A stretch of 64,000 bases of DNA from assembly GCA_944385815.1 (NCBI GenBank), contig CALWYQ010000156.1, positions 20,737 through 84,736 of the forward strand, given 5' to 3'. How positions within the stretch are numbered: position 1 is the first letter of the stretch; each line of letters opens with the position of its first letter. Position numbers and translations under genes: made by a program. A model generated the notes under the pieces. It was not told the origin of the DNA. It did no database searches and saw nothing but the letters and a program-made list of their open reading frames with translations. Shown piece by piece: positions 60,672 to 64,000 of the stretch. Origin of the DNA: an uncultured Oscillospiraceae bacterium. GTDB lineage: Bacteria > Bacillota > Clostridia > Oscillospirales > Oscillospiraceae.

Positions 60672-62072
60672 ATGACCCTTCAGGAATACGTTGACTCGCT
60701 GCGCTCAAAGCGCGTGGCCGTCATAGGCATAGGCGTCAGCAACACGCCGCTCATAGATCTGCTCCTGGACAACGGCCTGCCGGTAACCGTCTGCGATATG
60801 CGCGGGGAGGACGCCCTTTCCGACGAGGCGGAGATCCTCTCCACCCGGGGCGCGGAGCTTCAGCTTGGGGAGGGCTATCTCGACGGGCTGGAAGGCTTCG
60901 ACGTCATTTTCCGCACGCCCGGACTGCTTCCGACCGATCCGGCGCTGGTCCGCGCGCGCGAGCACGGCGCGGTGATAACCAGCGAGATGGAGGCCTTCTT
61001 CAGGCTCTGCCCCTGCCGCACCATAGGCATAACCGGCTCCGACGGCAAGACCACCACAAGCTCCATAATCGCCGAGCTTTTAAAGGCCGGCGGCAAGCGC
61101 GTCCACCTGGGCGGGAACATAGGCAAGCCTCTGCTCTGCGAAATACCCGATATGCAGCCGGACGACGTCGCCGTGCTGGAGCTTTCCAGCTTCCAGCTGC
61201 ACAGCATAGACATACGCCCCGATGTGGCCGTCGTCACCAACGTCTCGCCGAACCATCTTGACAAGCACCCGAGCTACGACGACTATATCGACGCAAAGCG
61301 CCGCATTTTCCTGAACCAGGGCGAGGACGGCGTGCTTGTCGTCAACCGCGACAACGGCATCACGGCGCGCTTCGGCGAGGAGGCCAGGAGCCGCGTACTG
61401 CAATTCTCGCATCGTGAAACGGTGAAGAACGGCGTTTTCTGCCGAGACGGCATGATATACTACTCCCACGGCTGGGAGGTGGAGCCTATAATCCCAGAAA
61501 CGGAGATACTCCTGCCCGGCGAGCACAATGTGGAGAACTACATGGCCGCCTTCTGCGCCGTAGACGCACTTGTCTCGCCGGAGATGTGCCGCGCCGTCGC
61601 GCGCAGCTATGGCGGGGTGCGCCACCGCCTGGAGCTGATACGCAAAATAGACGGCGTGACGTATATAAACGACTCGATCGCCACAAGCCCCACGCGGACT
61701 ATCGCCGGGCTGCGCGCCATGCGCACAAAGCCCGTGCTCATCGCCGGAGGCCATGACAAGCACGTCTCGTTCGACAGGCTGGGCGACGAGATTGCCGAGC
61801 GCGTCAAGGCGCTGTACCTTACCGGCGACACGGCCTCACAGATAGCCGAAGCGGTGCGCCGCAGCGTTTTCTTCGACGCCTCGCGCCTGCCCATATATAT
61901 GGCTCCCGACCTCAATACGGCCGTGTGCGAAGCCCGCGAGCGCGCCGTACCGGGCGACGTGGTGCTGCTTAGCCCCGCCTGCTCGAGCTTTGACCGCTTC
62001 AAAAATTTCGCCGAGCGCGGCGACACCTTCAGAAAGATAGTAATGGGGTTTGACGGAAATGAAAACCAGTAA
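60672..62072 (+). CDS. murD: UDP-N-acetylmuramoylalanine--D-glutamate ligase
   Basis: It has VIGIGVSN and GITGSDGKTTT P-loop motifs and a Mur ligase C-terminal pattern. Confidence 0.92.
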   Translation: MTLQEYVDSLRSKRVAVIGIGVSNTPLIDLLLDNGLPVTVCDMRGEDALSDEAEILSTRGAELQLGEGYLDGLEGFDVIFRTPGLLPTDPALVRAREHGAVITSEMEAFFRLCPCRTIGITGSDGKTTTSSIIAELLKAGGKRVHLGGNIGKPLLCEIPDMQPDDVAVLELSSFQLHSIDIRPDVAVVTNVSPNHLDKHPSYDDYIDAKRRIFLNQGEDGVLVVNRDNGITARFGEEARSRVLQFSHRETVKNGVFCRDGMIYYSHGWEVEPIIPETEILLPGEHNVENYMAAFCAVDALVSPEMCRAVARSYGGVRHRLELIRKIDGVTYINDSIATSPTRTIAGLRAMRTKPVLIAGGHDKHVSFDRLGDEIAERVKALYLTGDTASQIAEAVRRSVFFDASRLPIYMAPDLNTAVCEARERAVPGDVVLLSPACSSFDRFKNFAERGDTFRKIVMGFDGNENQ

Positions 62073-63309
62073 GATACCGCAGAGCGTGCGCGCGCTCGCC
62101 CGAGAGTGCGAGGCGCGCCTGCAGGACAGATTTGCGCAGATAGACGAGGTCAGCATGGCCTGCACCTCCAGGGTCATGGACGCCTTCCAGGAGTACCGCG
62201 TGAGCGAGGCCTGCTTCGCCGGGACGACCGGCTACGGCTACGACGACCTCGGGCGCGAGACTCTCGACAAGGTCTGGGCGCGCGTTTTCGGCGCGGAGAA
62301 AGCGCTTGTGCGCATCAATTTTGTGAACGGCACGCACGCCATAGCCAGCGCGATTTTCGCAAGCCTGAGGCCCGGCGACATGCTTATGAGCGTGATGGGC
62401 GCGCCCTATGACACGCTGCGCACGGCGATAGGCATCAGCGGGGAGGTGTTCGGCTCCCTGGGCTTCTACGGCTGCAGGTACAGCCAGGTGGACTGCGTGG
62501 ACGGCGGCCCGGACCTGCCCGGGATAATCGCCGCTGCCGCGCAGCGGCACCCCGCCGCCGTACTCATCCAGCGCTCGCGCGGCTATGACGCGCGTCGCGC
62601 GCTGACCGTGGCCGAGATAGGGGATATAGTGTCCGCGGTGAAGTCCGTCTCCCCGAATACGGTCTGCATAGTTGACAACTGCTACGGCGAGTTCACCGAT
62701 ACCGTGGAGCCTTCCATGGTGGGCGCGGACCTCGTCGCCGGCTCGCTTATCAAGAACCCCGGCGGCGGCCTGGCCCCCACGGGCGGCTATATCGCCGGCT
62801 GGCCAGAGCTGGTAGATAACGCCGCCAACAGGCTGACGGTCCCGGGCATAGGCGGCGAGTGCGGCTGCACGCTCGGCAACAACCGCGCGCTGTTCCAGGG
62901 CCTTTTCATGGCCCCGCACACCACGGCCCAGGCGCTCAAGACCGCCGCGCTCTGCGCCGCGATGCTTACCGAGCTGGGCTTCAGGACCGAACCCGGCCCC
63001 CTTGAGAAACGCAGCGACATCATACAGACGATAACGCTTGAGACGCCGGAGAACCTCAAGCGCTTCTGCAAGGGCATACAGTCCGGCTCCCCGGTGGACA
63101 GCTACGTTACGCCGGAGCCATGGGCCATGCCCGGCTACGCCGACGAAGTCATCATGGCCGCGGGCGCGTTTATACAGGGCAGCTCCATAGAGCTGAGCTG
63201 CGACGGGCCGATGCGCGAGCCGTACTTCGCCTTCCTGCAGGGCGGCCTCACATACGAGAGCGGCAAGCTGGGCGTAATGAACGCGATAGCGGAAATGTTG
63301 GACAAATAG
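62050..63309 (+). CDS. Methionine gamma-lyase family / aluminium-resistance (YnbB-like) PLP protein
   Basis: It has FAGTTGYGYDDLGRETLDKVWARVFGAE, IVDNCYGEF and GSLIKNPGGGLAPTGGYIAG. The start is ATG 62050 or 62059 and overlaps the murD end. Confidence 0.8.
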   Translation: MTEMKTSKIPQSVRALARECEARLQDRFAQIDEVSMACTSRVMDAFQEYRVSEACFAGTTGYGYDDLGRETLDKVWARVFGAEKALVRINFVNGTHAIASAIFASLRPGDMLMSVMGAPYDTLRTAIGISGEVFGSLGFYGCRYSQVDCVDGGPDLPGIIAAAAQRHPAAVLIQRSRGYDARRALTVAEIGDIVSAVKSVSPNTVCIVDNCYGEFTDTVEPSMVGADLVAGSLIKNPGGGLAPTGGYIAGWPELVDNAANRLTVPGIGGECGCTLGNNRALFQGLFMAPHTTAQALKTAALCAAMLTELGFRTEPGPLEKRSDIIQTITLETPENLKRFCKGIQSGSPVDSYVTPEPWAMPGYADEVIMAAGAFIQGSSIELSCDGPMREPYFAFLQGGLTYESGKLGVMNAIAEMLDK

Positions 63310-63338
63310 CTGGGCATATACTGCTCCGGGGTGATGTA

Positions 63339-64000
63339 ATGCCCGGACGCAGGCGCAGGCCGGTGTATCTGGACGTACACCTGCCGGGTATGAGCCGCCG
63401 GACAAGGCTGCTCATTGTGCTGACGGTGCTGCTGTCCATACTCGCCGCAGTTACCATACGCAGCATAGCGTACTTCCGCGAGCTGAGCCGGCAGATGGTC
63501 GTCTCTGACGCGACGGACCTTATGACGCTGTGCATAAACGATACGATAAGCCGCAAATTTGCCGGCGAGGAGTACGGCTACGACTACTTTGTCGATATAG
63601 TTTACGACAGCGCCGGCGCCGCCGTGGCGGTCAGGGCGAATATGGCGCGGATAAACGCGCTCAGCAGCGAGCTGCTGAGCGATATAGTCCACGCGGCCGA
63701 CGGCGGGCAGCTTTCGCTTTCCATTCCCCTCGGCAACGTGCTCGGCTCGAGCCTGCTGCTTGGCAAGGGGCCGGAGATACCTGTGGACATCACGATGCTC
63801 TCAAGCTCGCACGTCGATTTCCGCAACGAGCTGAGCGGCGCCGGGATAAACCAGACTAAGCATCAGATAAAGCTGGACGTCGTCATAGACATCGACGTGG
63901 TCATGCCCTGGCAGACCGTGTCCACGCAGGTCGTGAGCGAAATACTTATCGCAGAGACCGTTATACTGGGAGAGGTGCCGAACACCTATCTCAACTGGGG
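63339..64000 (+). CDS. yunB: Sporulation protein YunB, 3' end cut by the window edge
   Basis: I translated this by hand; it is not in the track because no stop falls inside the window. It begins MPGRRRRPVYL, has a TM helix, then ...INALSSELLSDIV...IPLGNVLGSSLLLGKGPEIPVDITMLSS...INQTKHQIKLDV, typical of YunB. Confidence 0.75.
   Translation, partial: MPGRRRRPVYLDVHLPGMSRRTRLLIVLTVLLSILAAVTIRSIAYFRELSRQMVVSDATDLMTLCINDTISRKFAGEEYGYDYFVDIVYDSAGAAVAVRANMARINALSSELLSDIVHAADGGQLSLSIPLGNVLGSSLLLGKGPEIPVDITMLSSSHVDFRNELSGAGINQTKHQIKLDVVIDIDVVMPWQTVSTQVVSEILIAETVILGEVPNTYLNW

Noticed and set aside
62029-63405. A 458-aa minus-strand ORF opposite the ynbB-like gene. There are similar antisense ORFs at 11953-12987, 17986-19020, 28629-29753, 46221-47192, 53938-55104 and 57124-58041.
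   Set aside because: All of them overlap strongly supported genes on the other strand, lack RBS and motifs, and have the skewed Arg/Ala/Gly/His composition typical of GC-rich antisense frames.
1-64000. A search for CRISPR arrays, tRNA/rRNA genes, IS elements, prophage, toxin-antitoxin or known defence-system genes.
   Set aside because: I found no regularly spaced direct repeats, no cloverleaf-like sequences in the short intergenic regions, and no transposase, integrase, recombinase or nuclease/helicase defence signatures. The only repeats seen are the operator-type inverted repeats and terminator hairpins reported above.

Overview
This 64-kb window comes from a high-GC, endospore-forming Firmicute. 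Class Clostridia is likely, and the gene content resembles Oscillospiraceae/Ruminococcaceae, but that is inference only. I call about 69 tightly packed protein genes, many with ATGA/GTGA/TAATG stop-start overlaps, plus one RNA gene. From 1 to 33 kb there is a plus-strand housekeeping backbone: lon (partial)-engB, an M50 protease, scpAB, DUF2953-ytfJ, a D-Ala-D-Ala carboxypeptidase, rluB, an RpiR regulator, cmk-plsC-ispH::S1, carD-ispD-ispF, DUF3343 plus a cysteine desulfurase, and cdaA-cdaR. This is followed by a block colinear with the B. subtilis yloC..spoVM region (yicC-remA-gmk-rpoZ-priA-def-fmt-rsmB-rlmN-stp-prkC-rsgA), a SpoVM-like micro-ORF that is absent from the ORF track, and sipL. 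From 33 to 41.7 kb (mostly minus strand) lie a kor-type 2-oxoacid:ferredoxin oxidoreductase operon led by a P-loop NTPase, yebC, a BlaI/BlaR1-like pair with an unassigned sensor domain of about 620 aa, and a PfkB sugar kinase. From 41.8 to 58.1 kb there is an accessory catabolic island flanking an IclR regulator. It holds a MIF-type tautomerase, an MFS transporter, a type-III CoA-transferase, RidA, a Ser/Cys proline-racemase-family enzyme, a BCCT transporter, split aconitase-X (DUF521+DUF126), a second 2-oxoacid:ferredoxin oxidoreductase, an NMO-family flavoenzyme, a DASS-like permease and a second CoA-transferase. I consider this island the most interesting, possibly undescribed, pathway in the window. 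From 58 to 64 kb lie a PIG-V-like GT-C membrane protein, an O-acetyltransferase, RNase P RNA (minus strand), murD, a Met-gamma-lyase-family (ynbB-like) gene and yunB (partial). I recognised no rRNA, tRNA, CRISPR array, transposase/integrase or phage genes. Most long track ORFs lying antisense to the called genes are GC-driven artefacts. All functional calls rest on motif recognition and synteny by eye; no database search was run.
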